Shown here: positions 1 to 12,374 of the stretch, piece by piece
Layout of the letters: every line of letters starts with the position of its first letter
How positions within the stretch are numbered: the first letter of the stretch is position 1
Assembly (NCBI GenBank): GCA_001599295.1
Contig: BCGN01000008.1
Location: forward strand, 1,054,001-1,118,000
From: Sporopachydermia quercuum
Taxonomy: Eukaryota
Direction: 5' to 3'
DNA length: 64,000 bases
Notes under the pieces: model-generated
What the model saw: only the letters and a program-made list of their open reading frames with translations
The model's database searches: none
What the model was told of the DNA's origin: nothing
Made by a program: the position numbers and the translations under genes

Positions 1-1796
1 AACATATAGTATTAGAGACTGAAGATCAGGTTTCATTTTGGGTTGAAATGAGATACGTTGTGTAAAACCTCATCTAAAAACTGATCCTGTGAACAGCATT
101 GCAAACTTTTGTTGATTTTTTGATGCCATGGACTCTTCAGATTGTTTAAAACTTAAACTTTGCGGTACCAACTGAACTGATTGGGTTTATTCAGAATTGG
201 TTGACATTATTTTGTCAACAACGTTAATTAGTTATTATTATACGAAAATATCCAGAAATTTGGGGATAAATCTAAGTATTGAGGCAGTCAAGAACTACAA
301 ATAATAGTTCATTGATTTCAATTTACGAAACGCTAGTTACTTTTCTACTAGTAGACGGACAAGAGAAACTTGCTTGTATCCCTGGAAATTATACCGATCG
401 TATAAGTTGTCTAATGGATTTTATCTTTAGTTTTTTCAATTGATTTATAATTATATATATACTTCGATTGTCAAATTTATGCTTCCTAGATATAGTAAGT
501 AATGAACTTGAAAGATAAGGTTCAGAGTTGTTTGAATGATAAATTCAATTAGTTTCCACTTCTAACCGCCGTAAAATTATGAAGATGTCTGAAAATAGCT
601 AAAAATAAATATTTTCTGCTCTAATTAAATGGGCACTTAGAAAAACGAAGACCTTACACACATACCGTATAAAAACAGTTTCATATAAAAGACTATGGAA
701 CTTATTATAACTAAATATCAAAAGTCTTAGTTGTTATTATACTTTTAATTTTAAACTATTGCTGACTCTCTTCTCCGGCAATTGATCTTTGGTTTCGGCA
801 ATGAAATAGAGTTTATCTTTGTGAAATTTAGAATAATCTTTCATACATCTACCCCAGGTTTGGTTTACTAATTGAATTCTTCTTTCGACAGAACTTTAAG
901 TTAGTTTTTTCCTGGTCATGTGATGAATGTGATTGATCTTGTGACAAGAAAGAAAAAATGAAAAGATGTAAGACCACACAATCTATCACCATCCTCTAAT
1001 CATTCGTATCACCGTAAACGAATAAAATTTCAAAAATTATTTTAGACAAAACATGCATATTCGATTGGGGAACTTTTAAATCAACCTTGATGGAATAATT
1101 GACTAATGTTTTCTTGGTTTTAATGAAGAGCGCAAATTATCACTACCAATGAGATTTCGAACCAACATTTACTAACTACTATACATTGGTCTAACTTCTG
1201 AAGAGGGGATATCTATTTTGTGCTAAATTTTTTCCGTTCCACTAGGCAGCTGAAAGTTTTCAACAATATTATTATACTTTACTTTGGGTCTATCTTACTG
1301 AACTAAAATGACTTTTAAGTAGCTAATGACATCACCGATCAGGGCTAATGTTTTAATCTGATTTAATAGGACGAATAATTGAAAGACCTATCCAACGTTT
1401 CATATATAAATGAGTCATGATGAACGGAAGAAAGTGGTAAACATGTTGGCTATAAATGAAACTACCAACAAAAGTTACATCCTCATTGCTGAAGACAATG
1501 AACAATCCATAGATTAGAATATTGATAAGGCTCTGCGAAAACGTAATGAACTGCTTACAGAACGTAATACACATTTCATTCGCAGTGAAATCATACATGT
1601 CCCTAAATCTCGATGATGATAATCAAATATATATAGAAGAATAGCAACAAAGTAGGCACTAGTTAGCACATTCTGTATCTCGGATTCGATCAAGAACATT
1701 ATTGATGGATCACTTCAGTCTTTAATCTTTTTTCTTTTATACCAATTTCTTTTATTTTCCCGTCCTCTAGATTTACAATATTTAATTCTTTCTTCC

Positions 1797-1815
1797 TTTT
1801 TTTTTTTTTTTTTTT
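1797..1815 (+). promoter_or_regulatory. poly(dT)19 tract in a pyrimidine-rich promoter/leader upstream of the choline kinase gene
   Basis: 19 consecutive T. Such tracts disfavour nucleosomes in yeast promoters (established); the role here is inferred. Confidence 0.5.
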
Positions 1816-1926
1816 ACATAATACCATCCTTAACTACTTTGTTTTCCTTCTTGCACACTCTTCTTTACCATTATTGTTTATCAATCATTCTCAGTATTCG
1901 GTCGTTTTCTATACAATTAAGATTCA

Positions 1927-2846
1927 GTAAGCCTTCGGAACTTAACTANCTTAACTTTGCTTTCTCACCTACGCGAAATGGTCAATGAACCATTATGTTT
2001 TCCTTCACACAAATCTCTACCTGGTATTTGCTCAGAGCAGTCTTTCTCTATGATACGCACAATCATGCATGGCTTCATTTCAGTCTCAGAACTTCAAACT
2101 TAAATTTTGGTTGCTGTTTTCATGAATTCACTTTGAATCAGAATAAGGCAAGATCATAAATAATGGCACTGTCTCCTTCGCTTTCTGTTAATTACCGTGT
2201 GATTATTCTATGAGCTAGCGTTCTAATGGATAGTACTAGATATTTAATAGTCTCTAATAGAAGTGTTTGTGCTAAGAATCATTACAGATAGATTTTATTT
2301 CAAAGTTATGAAAAAATAAAAATTTATTCCTTTGTGACGTCTGAGCTCTGATTGTTGAATGATATCAGTAGAAATCTTTTTACTGACGCTTTCCTTCTTC
2401 ATTTGATAGAAATGTGAGTATATTTGATTCTATATGACTTGAAGCTGTTGAAGATAGTCAAGTACGGCTTTTGATAGTAGAATAGTGTGAGCTGTGAATG
2501 ATTTAATGATATTAGAATGTACTCTGAATCTTGTAGCTAGACTAGCCGTGTCCATACTTCAGACTGGTTCAATCGTTTATTATCTTTAGCTTTCATCGTT
2601 AGATATTGATTTTTATAACAAAGAACGAGATGTTCGTTGATAGACTTCTCCTTCTGCAATCTTGTAAGAGTTTCGATACCAATTGTTCCAGTTAATTGTA
2701 TACAGTGACTCTTACAAATAGTAGTGATGTTTATCAGTACTATTATGATATACATGTTTCTGATGTATGCTTTTGATGATCGATATGCAGTTTGAACTAT
2801 GTTACGACTTTTAACCACAAGAACTATACTAACTATATCAAAATAG
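1927..2846 (+). other. putative 5'UTR introns of the choline kinase gene (1927-2409 and 2414-2846)
   Basis: GTAAGC 1927; TACTGAC 2381 with TAG 2407-2409; GTGAGT 2414; TACTAAC about 2827 with TAG ending 2846, 32 nt before the ATG. The last acceptor is the strongest element; donors are less certain. Confidence 0.55.
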
Positions 2847-2878
2847 TACCTTGTATTTTAATTCGTTATTTTTCCTCA

Positions 2879-4495
2879 ATGAGTAGTGCAACACTGAACG
2901 AAGAGTTCAAGAGCTCAAGGAGCAGTATCTCTTTACCGGTTGTAAGAAGAAGATCAGCTTCAAGAGTTCGTATACCTAGAACCCCTTCAACAACCTCAAT
3001 AAGATCTGAGTCTTCAGTTGGTGATGATGATATACCTACTTCTACATACTTCCTTGATAATCAGTTGCCAGTCGATTATTTCAAAGCTGATATTTTATCT
3101 TTATTGCAAGAATTACGCATTCCCAAATGGCACAGATTATCACCGTCGTTGACCAATAAAATTCAAGTACATAGAATCTCTGGAGCTCTAACAAATGCTG
3201 TTTACTCCCTTGAACCACCAGCTGATATCCCTATGAGAAAACCTGCAAAGTTATTATTACGTGTATATGGCCCACAAGCTGATCATTTAATCGACCGTGA
3301 AAAAGAGTTGGAGATTTTAGGAAGATTATGTCAACAGGGTATTGGCCCAAGACTTTTAGGAATTTTTGCTAATGGTAGAATTGAGCAGTTTTTACCAGCA
3401 GTGCCTTTAACCAAAACCGAATTATGGGATGCTGAAATTAGTGCCAGGATTGCCAGAAGAATGAAAGAACTTCATTTGAATGTCTCTCTAACCGAAGATG
3501 AGAGAAACAGTGGTCCCTTGGTATGGAGAAAACTTGAACAATGGAGACCAAGGGTTGAGTATGTTTTGGAAATGTTAGAAGCTGGCAAATGTAATAATAA
3601 AATACATAAAACGACCGAAAGTCTTCTAGGTTGTTCATGGGAAGCTTTTATCAAAATGAACAAAAAGTATAAGGAATGGGTAATAAATTTAAGTGGAGGT
3701 GCTGAAAGGGTCAAGAAACATTTGGTGTTTAGTCATAATGATACTCAATATGGTAATTTACTGAAAGTGCAACCTCCAAAAGGTAGTCCTTTGTTAGATT
3801 TCAAGTATGAACATAAGAAGATTATTGTTATTGATTTTGAATTCAGCGGTGCTAATGTTCCTGGTTATGATATTGCTAATCATTTTCTAGAATGGACATC
3901 TGATTTTCATGCTGAAAAAGACACCCATGATATACACGAGGAAAAATTTCCAAATTATGAAGAGGAAATGAATTTCATTACTTCTTACGTTATGGAAACA
4001 AATGATCCTCTAGTTGCATTTAGCGATTTATCATTAGCAACAGAAGAGGCAGAGAAAGAGCGAGAACAGAAGATTAAGCAAGAAGAAGAGACGTTATTGA
4101 TCGAATCAACAGCATGGAGACCCGCCGTCAATATTCATTGGGTTTACTGGGGAATTGTTCAGGCTTTTGAAGATAACGCTGAAATTGAAACCAGAAAAGA
4201 GTTGGATGAACAAAATAACTATAGGATCATCGATGATGATAGTACAACTTCGGAAGCAAGCGAAAATGAGTCAAAAGCGGCTACTCAACCGGTGGAGGAG
4301 ATTTATGAAGATGATTTTGATTACTTCGATTATACACACCAAAAGGCGCAATTAGTATGGAACGATTTGATTGAGTTTGGTATAATTGATCCAAATGATG
4401 AAGATTATAAGAACATCACTTCTAAAAAGATTCCTGTGTATGTTGATTTTNAGAAGAATCCACCAAAGATTGACAAGAAAAGAACTGAGGCATAA
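2879..4495 (+). CDS. CKI1: choline/ethanolamine kinase (CKI1/EKI1 family), about 538 aa
   Basis: Motifs ISGALTNAVY, LLLRVYG, GPRLLGIFANGRIEQF, HNDTQYGNLL and IDFEF. First ATG is at 2879. CKI1 versus EKI1 cannot be resolved. Confidence 0.9.
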   Translation: MSSATLNEEFKSSRSSISLPVVRRRSASRVRIPRTPSTTSIRSESSVGDDDIPTSTYFLDNQLPVDYFKADILSLLQELRIPKWHRLSPSLTNKIQVHRISGALTNAVYSLEPPADIPMRKPAKLLLRVYGPQADHLIDREKELEILGRLCQQGIGPRLLGIFANGRIEQFLPAVPLTKTELWDAEISARIARRMKELHLNVSLTEDERNSGPLVWRKLEQWRPRVEYVLEMLEAGKCNNKIHKTTESLLGCSWEAFIKMNKKYKEWVINLSGGAERVKKHLVFSHNDTQYGNLLKVQPPKGSPLLDFKYEHKKIIVIDFEFSGANVPGYDIANHFLEWTSDFHAEKDTHDIHEEKFPNYEEEMNFITSYVMETNDPLVAFSDLSLATEEAEKEREQKIKQEEETLLIESTAWRPAVNIHWVYWGIVQAFEDNAEIETRKELDEQNNYRIIDDDSTTSEASENESKAATQPVEEIYEDDFDYFDYTHQKAQLVWNDLIEFGIIDPNDEDYKNITSKKIPVYVDFXKNPPKIDKKRTEA

Positions 4496-5432
4496 GAAAG
4501 ATGAAATAAAAAAGAAGCATCGTGTACAGCAACTATTACGAATAATGAGTTCTTCGCTTTTATAAATTTATGAGGATGAAGGATGAAGGATCACGGATAA
4601 AGAATGCTCATAATGGTTTTATATTGAGGACCAACTAAAACGACAGTGAATGCTTTACTGAAGAAAGCGAGTTCTCGTAATACGGTGCTACAGCACACTA
4701 CCACTTTTTAGTGTTGAAAATTGTAGACAATAAGCTAATATAATATATTTATGTTATAATTTAATATCTATATATATATAATTACTAAGAGTTGATATCC
4801 CACTATAGAAATGATCTTGTGATTTTTTCCTTTGAATCTTTGTTCATTCATAATCTAACTATAAAACGTCAAGTGTAATCATCTTGTTCGTCCTAAATAA
4901 TCTTTTTCTTCAGGTTAATAAAACAACTTTAACATCTTACGTAATGCATTCGTTTTCATCTCAGCTATTCATTATTCATATCAACTACTTTGTGTACAAA
5001 TCGCTTCATATCATTTCTAACTTCAGTTGTCGTGTTCCTACTAGTTCCTGAAAATGGTGTATAATTTACTGTAGTGAACAAGTTACCAGTACATATATGA
5101 GAAGGTACTTTATACAATCGGCATAGGAATATTAATAACCTATGAATATACCAAATATTTGTTAAACTCCAAAAAAACCCCTCTAATCTCAAGTTTTACA
5201 TTATTGGTTGGNAATATGGTTGCAATTGGAAATCGAAACTGTGTCTCTCCTACTCCTAGGTTATAAATCAAATAAATAAATACCTATATTGAAATAATAA
5301 ATAATAAATAAATAAGTAAACGTTTCACTTAACTTCACTTAACAAACTGTTCTAATGCACAATAAATCAAAGATTCTTTTAACAAAAGGAATAGAAAGAT
5401 AAATCGTAGAGTTACTATGGAAACATCTAAAT

Positions 5433-7853
5433 TTACCATAATAACATCTTTCTAGGATCTTCGATCAACTCCTTAACAGTTTTCAAGAAAGTAACAGCTT
5501 CTCTACCATCAAGTAATCTATGATCATAAGTTAAAGCGAGATACATCATTGGTCTTGCGACAACCTTACCATCAACAACAACAGCTCTTTCCTTGACACC
5601 ATGCAAACCTAAAACTGCAGTTTGAGGCATGTTGATAATAGGAGTTCCGTATAAAGATCCAAAGACACCACCATTAGAAATAGTGAAAGTACCTCCGCTC
5701 ATATCTTCAAGAGTTAATTTTCCATCTCTAGCCTTGACACCTAATTCAGCAATAGCTTTTTCAATTCCCATGATATCTAAAGCTTCAGCATTACGAACAA
5801 CCGGTGTGACAAGACCCTTTGGTGTAGCAACGGCAACAGAGATGTCGACGTAATCCTTATATACAATGGTGTCACCCTTACCTGGTCCTTCGATGGCAGC
5901 ATTGACTGTAGGAATATCTTTCATAGCTAAGACAGAAGCTCTGGAGAAAGCTCCCATGAAACCGAACTTAGAACCGGTCTTCTTGAGGATTTCATCCTTA
6001 TAGAGTTTTCTCATTTCCATCAAAGCAGACATGTCAACTTCGTTGAAAGTGGTAAGTGATGCAGCGGTGTTTTGAGATTCCTTGAGTCTTTCGGCAATAC
6101 GAAGTCTCATTCTGTTCATTTTCACTCTGCTCTCAGATCTGGATCCAACAACTGGAGCAGCAGATGAAGGAGCGGATGAAGGAGCAGCAGCCTTTGGAGC
6201 AGCAGCCTTTGGAGCAGCAGCCTTTGGAGCAGCAGCCTTTTTAGGGGCCGGGGTAGCCTTTGGAGCAGGAGCATCAGCCTTTGGAGCAGGGGGTGGGGCT
6301 GCAGCTTCAACCTTTGGAGCATCAGCAGCGGCAGCCTTCTTACCACCAGTTCCAGGTTGTAACTTGAATAAGTCTTGGCCAACGGCAACAGTGTCTTCGG
6401 GTTGGGCTAAGACTTCAGTAATGACACCAGCAAAAGGAGCATTAACAGCTACATCAATCTTATCAGTTTCAATGGTGGCAACTTCTTCGTCTTGTTCAAC
6501 GAAGTCACCAACGGATTTATCCCAGGACTTCAGGGTACCTTCAGTGATAGATTCNGCCATTTCTGGAACTTTAACAGTCTCAGCGGGGCCAGTGGTAGTA
6601 GGAGCAGACTCAGCTTCGGCAGGAGCAGCAGGGGCTGCAGCTGGAGCCGATTCAGTCTTTGGTGGAGCCGATTCGCTCTTGGCAGAAGGAGCTCCACCAC
6701 TACCAGGTTCAATCTTGAACAAGTCCTGTCCAACAGTTACAGTATCCTCAGGATTAGCTAAGAATTCAGTAAGAGTTCCTTCGAAAGGAGAGTTGACAGC
6801 AACATCAATCTTATCAGTTTCGATAGTGGCAACTTCTTCGTCTTGAGCGACATGATCGCCAATTTGTTTTTCCCATGATTTTAGGGTACCTTCTGTGATA
6901 GATTCAGCCATTTCTGGGACTTTCACGGTTTCAGCTAAACGAGAGGTTAGTGACTGTAAGATAAAAGGGAAGGATTGGCTTGAGACTGGTAGGTACAATG
7001 CTGATTGTTGAGATCCTAGCTGAAAAGTATTACAACAAATGGCATTGGACAGATCAAAACAGTTTGGATTGTCATGTTGATAGTAACTTCTTCGAGAATG
7101 ATTGGTAAGTTTAAAGAGGTGCATGACCAGTTGATACCCCTTAATCTGTCCGGGGAATTATGCAGACTTTTAAGGAAAAACCACTAATAAACATCAAGCT
7201 GAACATAGCAGTAAACAATGTCTCAATAGTTGGAAATTTGTATATTTGGTATTATTACCAATTACTGATCATCAACACATCAAGCATTATATGCACAATC
7301 ATGCATCACTCTGCATGTGGTTGTACTGAAATAACTGCACGATCATGCACATCTACTCTTACCTCGTCAAAAGTATCTCATTCATTTAAACAGTAGAAGC
7401 TGACGTCTTTAATTTGATTGATTCTGATCGTATCCTTCATCAATTCATGTTTCCTCGGATGTCCTCCTTTCAATTGGAACATACAATCAAACATAATTAC
7501 TTGATCCACTCAAACTCTACATATCCCACTCCAACTAGTACCGAAGTGCAATACATACCATAACCTCTGTAGAAGATCGAAGAAACTTTTAGGACATTGG
7601 TCTTAGGACTAATGATACGTTAGTATGATATATATTCGATAGAGGGTCTCTCTTACGGTAAATCAATCACATCTTTTTCATAAAAAGCAGCTCTTAAAAC
7701 AACATACCGAATAGTAGTCATAGAAGCAGAAACAAAAGTTCGTTTACTAGAGACATTCCTAATTGTAGCTGAAGTGATTGATGAGTTGATACATCTTCTG
7801 GTTCCAACGGCAGATGTCTTCGACAAAAATGTCATTGATCTCTTTCCGAGCAT
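5433..7853 (-). CDS. KGD2: mitochondrial dihydrolipoamide succinyltransferase (E2 of 2-oxoglutarate dehydrogenase), 565 aa; exons 7853-7708, 7608-7559, 6934-5433
   Basis: Presequence [12 protein letters not shown]...; two GTATGT introns with TACTAAC/CACTAAC branch points join in frame ([12 protein letters not shown]). Two ETDK lipoyl domains; catalytic domain with [31 protein letters not shown] and [11 protein letters not shown]. Confidence 0.96.
6181..6240 (-). repeat. perfect 15-bp coding tandem repeat x4 (KAAAP) in the KGD2 Ala/Pro linker
   Basis: GGAGCAGCAGCCTTT occurs four times in tandem on the + strand. Confidence 0.95.
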
Positions 7854-7898
7854 TTTCGATGATGTGAATATATTAAAAATTTACAACCGAAATTGAAC

Positions 7899-7916
7899 CT
7901 GTATGCAATGTTAGTA
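7899..7916 (-). other. branch point and 3' splice site of a probable KGD2 5'UTR intron
   Basis: The minus strand reads TACTAAC-attgcata-CAG, 45 nt before the ATG, with the same spacing as the coding introns. The donor is uncertain (GTGAGC at 8453 is a candidate). Confidence 0.6.
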
Positions 7917-10358
7917 ACCAGAAGCTGCGATAAAGGCAATAGAGAAAAAGGATATAAAGAAGGAAATAGACGCCAGTGGGTATAAACTAAAACATGACTT
8001 CATATTCTGGTACAACGATAAAGCAGGAAATATCATGGGTGTTGGTAATACTTTGTCAACAGATGATGCATCACATTACCAATATTGATATCGGGCAGCC
8101 TGCGATAATGGTTGATACTAACACGATGTCAAGCTAGTATGAAAGTCAAAGTCCTATACTGCATATGATAAGATGGTGTCAAATTTTATAGGCATCTAGT
8201 TCTTATTATGTAGCACTAAATGAACCTCCTTTGCCAGTAGCAACAAAGCGTCATAGAATATGAGTACTTAAAATACTGACTATATTCTTTTTGTCTAATA
8301 TAGAGTCGAGGCTTATCAACAAATTATGTCTTCGATCCATAATGACAGTACTGAGTAAGTCATGTCTCATCGGCCATTGCATCTCAATATGATTTTCACA
8401 TTAACATCAACATTTCACTTCCAAACGCTCTTCCATATTCGTCTTGAGCTCACACTTTCACATAGGTATCCATGGTCAATTCTCGAGCTCTCCACCAATT
8501 AAATCATCAGCACATCGAAATATCAATCATAACTATGCTGTCATCAATTCTCATAATCATAACAAGAAAACTACGCATCTATTCTATTCACTTTCTTCTA
8601 ATATCCTTTCAATTGAATTATAACCAAGCATCAAACAATAAATACCTTCATTCAAATCTTCGTATGTTAGATAACCGTAGTAGCAATAATAGTAATACCA
8701 ACTAGTTGTACACTGTTTGATTGGCTACGTAGTATTGTACAATAGAAATGACACAATGATTAGATCTCTCAATCAAAATGCGCAATTATTGTGTTGTGTC
8801 TACTAAATTTGTACTTGATGACAAAAATGGTATGATGAATTAGATATTGATGAAAGGAATCAGATATATTTGTTTAATGGAAGAGTTTGAAAGAAAGTAT
8901 GAAAGGTGATCAAATGGAAGCTTTTGTTAGTATAGAGGAATTTTGTGACATTGAAGTTCACGGGAATGATACAGATGTGACATGAAGCGGAAGATATTGG
9001 ATAATGAACAAAACATGTTGGAAGAAGGATATTAGATTGGGAGGATGGNCATGTCATGGGTGACAGTCCGAAGCGGGGAGTGAGATGGTGGAAATATACG
9101 GTAATAAACTNAGCGATGAAGATAATGATGTATTATTTATCGATATTAGTTGCCATATAATTGATTCGTATTATAAAAAGATTTGAAATGTATATTGAAT
9201 AATTCAAAATTCAACAATCAATCGCTTCCAATTGCTTCCGATCAATTAAATGTAGAAAAAGAAAGAATCATTTCTTCTGATTGAAGAGACGATTTACATC
9301 AAATATCTCCTCTACGTACATTTAGAATGTCAGAGTTGTCTCTGACGAAAAGCTCTATAGTAATAAAATGTCTCAACCCAATGGAAACTTCGGGTGGATT
9401 ACTGCTACATGTACATACTTTTTCCTTTGGAAGTAATAATTTTTTGTTGGAAGTATATGAGAGGTTTGTGAAATTAATACTACAGTGCTGGAGCTCAATT
9501 TTTAATGATTCTCGTCTAAAATTCAGCATTTACCTTAGCTGCGCAAGGACTTTCCAAGACAGTTGCACGGATAAAGTTTCCTTGCAGTGTGTGCAAAGAT
9601 CTGTTAATCGTGACAAAACTAGTGCCTCTTCACCCATCTACGTCTTAATTCAATTTACTAGTGACAATCTATATCAATGTCACACGTCACAGTAGCACTC
9701 AATGAAAAATATCTCATCAAATATGCTGGCTGACATGCTGAACATAACTAGCTGGGCTATATGAATGCTACAGGCAGTGGTTTCAAACACCATAAATGCC
9801 GAAACAATAAAATATATTTAATTAGAACACTGTATAATCGAATTGTTGCAATTTCGAAAGAAGTATAGATTGACTTTATAATGTGGTATTCTGATGTCTT
9901 TGCGCGCTTAGATCAGCTATTTTTGCCAGACCATCCCCTAAAGAAGTATTATAAAGGAGTTCTTGTCATTGGTTTACCTTCTCCCAGTATAACCCAATAC
10001 AATACCAAACCATGACATCTGGGGTACACATTACTACTCTTTTCATCTCGATCAATGATTGAGATGTGTATTTTCTTTGGGTAACTCTATTCATTGAGAA
10101 GCGGATTTTTCAAAATTTTCACGTTTTAATTGGTTCAGGGGCTAACAAATTTCCGGTGTTCGGCTAATCTCAAGGGTATCCCCCTAGAAGTGAAAAGAGA
10201 CTTGATCTATTATCACGTGAGTGAACACTTATCCGATGGTTGCTAAATATCCGGTGCTACTTTGTCAAGATTTGATATTCTTTATTAAGAAGACTATGAC
10301 GAACTGATCCAACGCTATTGAGAATAATTAAGAGAGTCAGAATTAGTCCCGGCAATTC

Positions 10359-12374
10359 TCACAGATCTTCGTGTCTAGATTCTTTAGTTGTATTCTCAAG
10401 ATCACTGGAGTCAGCTTCAAGCAATGACAACCTCCCGTAAAGGGGAGGATTGTCTGAAAACGCAATTAAACTATTTCTTGTAGGATAATTCTTCAATTCG
10501 GTCAACTTTTCAGCCCCATCCGCGTCGAAAGAATCAAACATTTCTATTCTTATCAACTCGGGTGTTTTTCCCGACGTATATTTGATTTTTAAATTACCTG
10601 CTAAAAAAAATACTGGGTCCTTTTCCAGCATCTTATTTGAATTAACATCATTTGATGAATTTTCAATGGCAATCAACAGATCAATTGACCGTAAAACAGC
10701 ATAATGTTGTCCTTGATTGATACTACTCCAGTTCTGGGATCCCTCTAGAAATGTATTTATTTTATTTATCAACACACCTTTGTTAGTGGTTACTAGTGCA
10801 TGACAATACTCTGAACCCCCATCCAAAGGAATTGTAGCTAACATGATTTGGTCATCTGTTAGTTCTGTAGCATCAAACTCAGGGAACAGAACCAACGTCT
10901 GTTTACTTTTCTCATTAGTTTCTGAACTCCCACTGTAGGCTTCAATTTGTTTACACCATACTTCATCCCCCTTTTTAGCCTCTTGAATCTCGTTCTGTAA
11001 CAATGGAACTGAACAAAAGATGCGGTGCTCAAAAAATACTTCATAACTGCAGGTGGTTACTTCTTTCACAGAAACTAAGACACCATTGTTTAATCTATTA
11101 TGATTATCAAGTATAGCTTGTGCATCATCAAGATTTGCTAACTCTTCCTCTGGTATAGCATCAAGGTCATTGCTGTCTAAGCATGAATAAAATATAGAAA
11201 CTTCTCTACCTAGACCAGTTAAATCACATTCTGTGCCGTATCCTATTCGCTGTTTCAAATGTTTCTTCATTCCAATATTTACAACTTCTAAACCACGGTA
11301 AAAACTGTCATCCAGTTCATAACCACGCTCTTTGAAACTATCACTACTAGCAGCATTATCATCACTTTCCTCGCAGTACAGAGTTCTCATGATAAACTCC
11401 TTGTTATAACAACCACTTCTTGCTAATTCACATAAAGATCGGCGATAGTCTCCCAATACATACATAGCACCATCGTAAGCAGGAACCAGCCTGTCCAACA
11501 ACTGTGCTGCTTGTCCTAGATTTGTCCCAGTACGTATAAATTCTTCCACCTGTAATCTTCCATTTCTCATGTCATTATTCTCATGAAACTGTCTGATTGA
11601 ATGAGGATAACATAATTGATATGTCCAGTAACCATCGCAGTAATGAAAACACCCATTTATTTTTCTCAACGGTTTGATGGAAACTGTTAGATCAAAATCA
11701 AGTGCGTTTATGGTTTCTTCTAGCTCTGTATTGCTCAATCTAATGCTGTTATCTTCATTTTCTGTTGCAGATCTGTCTATAATATTGTACTTTAAATTGA
11801 TCTTTTCTTCCTCTGTAATAATCCGAGGTTTGGGAAATGGTAGCTCTCTTTGTGGGATATAACAGAGAAAAGGCGTACTCTTGTCCTTATTGACCACACC
11901 TGATGAACCATTGACTGATAGTAGCAGTTGAAAGATACCGAATGATCCATTGGACAAAAGCTGTGGTAGTGTTTTTCGTGTATCTCCATCCGAGTATATT
12001 TTAGATATCTCATCAATTATTGAATCATCAACTGCGNTGTAATCGTATGTTGCAGGATAAGTATCACTTAGCTTATCGTACTCAACAAAGGGATAAGCAA
12101 GACTATTAGAAATGGCTAGAAGAGTATCAGCTTCCGATTTGTTCACCAGTGATGATGACACTATAACCGGACTCTAAAAGAAGTTGTTAGATCATACAAA
12201 TCAATCGTGATTCATCTAAACATGTCTCATCAGTTTCATATTCAGTATTAGTTTAGAAATCAAATTGGAACCTACTTCAACTCCATCAAACAGTTCTCGG
12301 TACACATCAAATAGGGCCTTGACACCTGCAGCAGAACACAGCCAACTTATCAGTAAAACCTCTAGTAGTAACAT
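10359..12374 (-). CDS. YOS9: OS-9/Yos9-like ER lectin (MRH domain); exons 12374-12276, 12173-10359
   Basis: Exon 1 encodes a signal peptide (MLLLEVLLISWLCSAAGVKA); phase-0 intron GTAGGT...CTAAC...TAG. Motifs GYWTYQLCY..IRQFHE, GTECDLTG.GRE and KEVTTCSYE; C-terminal HEDL. Confidence 0.85.

Noticed and set aside
2792..2878. TTG-initiated extension of choline kinase
   Set aside because: It overlaps a TACTAAC...TAG intron end and is not targeting-like.
6082..6846. 254-aa + strand ORF and similar antisense ORFs over SEC18, GRS1, MRPL19, MDM34 and DUG1
   Set aside because: These are antisense shadows of codon-biased genes with no independent motifs.
6935..7124. ORF-track N-terminus of KGD2 (MHLFKLTNH...)
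   Set aside because: It lies inside intron 2. The real start is ATG 7853, joined through two canonical introns.
8116..8360. + strand TACTAAC, TACTGAC...TAG and GTAAGT upstream of KGD2 (possible antisense spliced RNA)
   Set aside because: No coherent exon chain or ORF can be built, and such short motifs are expected by chance in AT-rich DNA.
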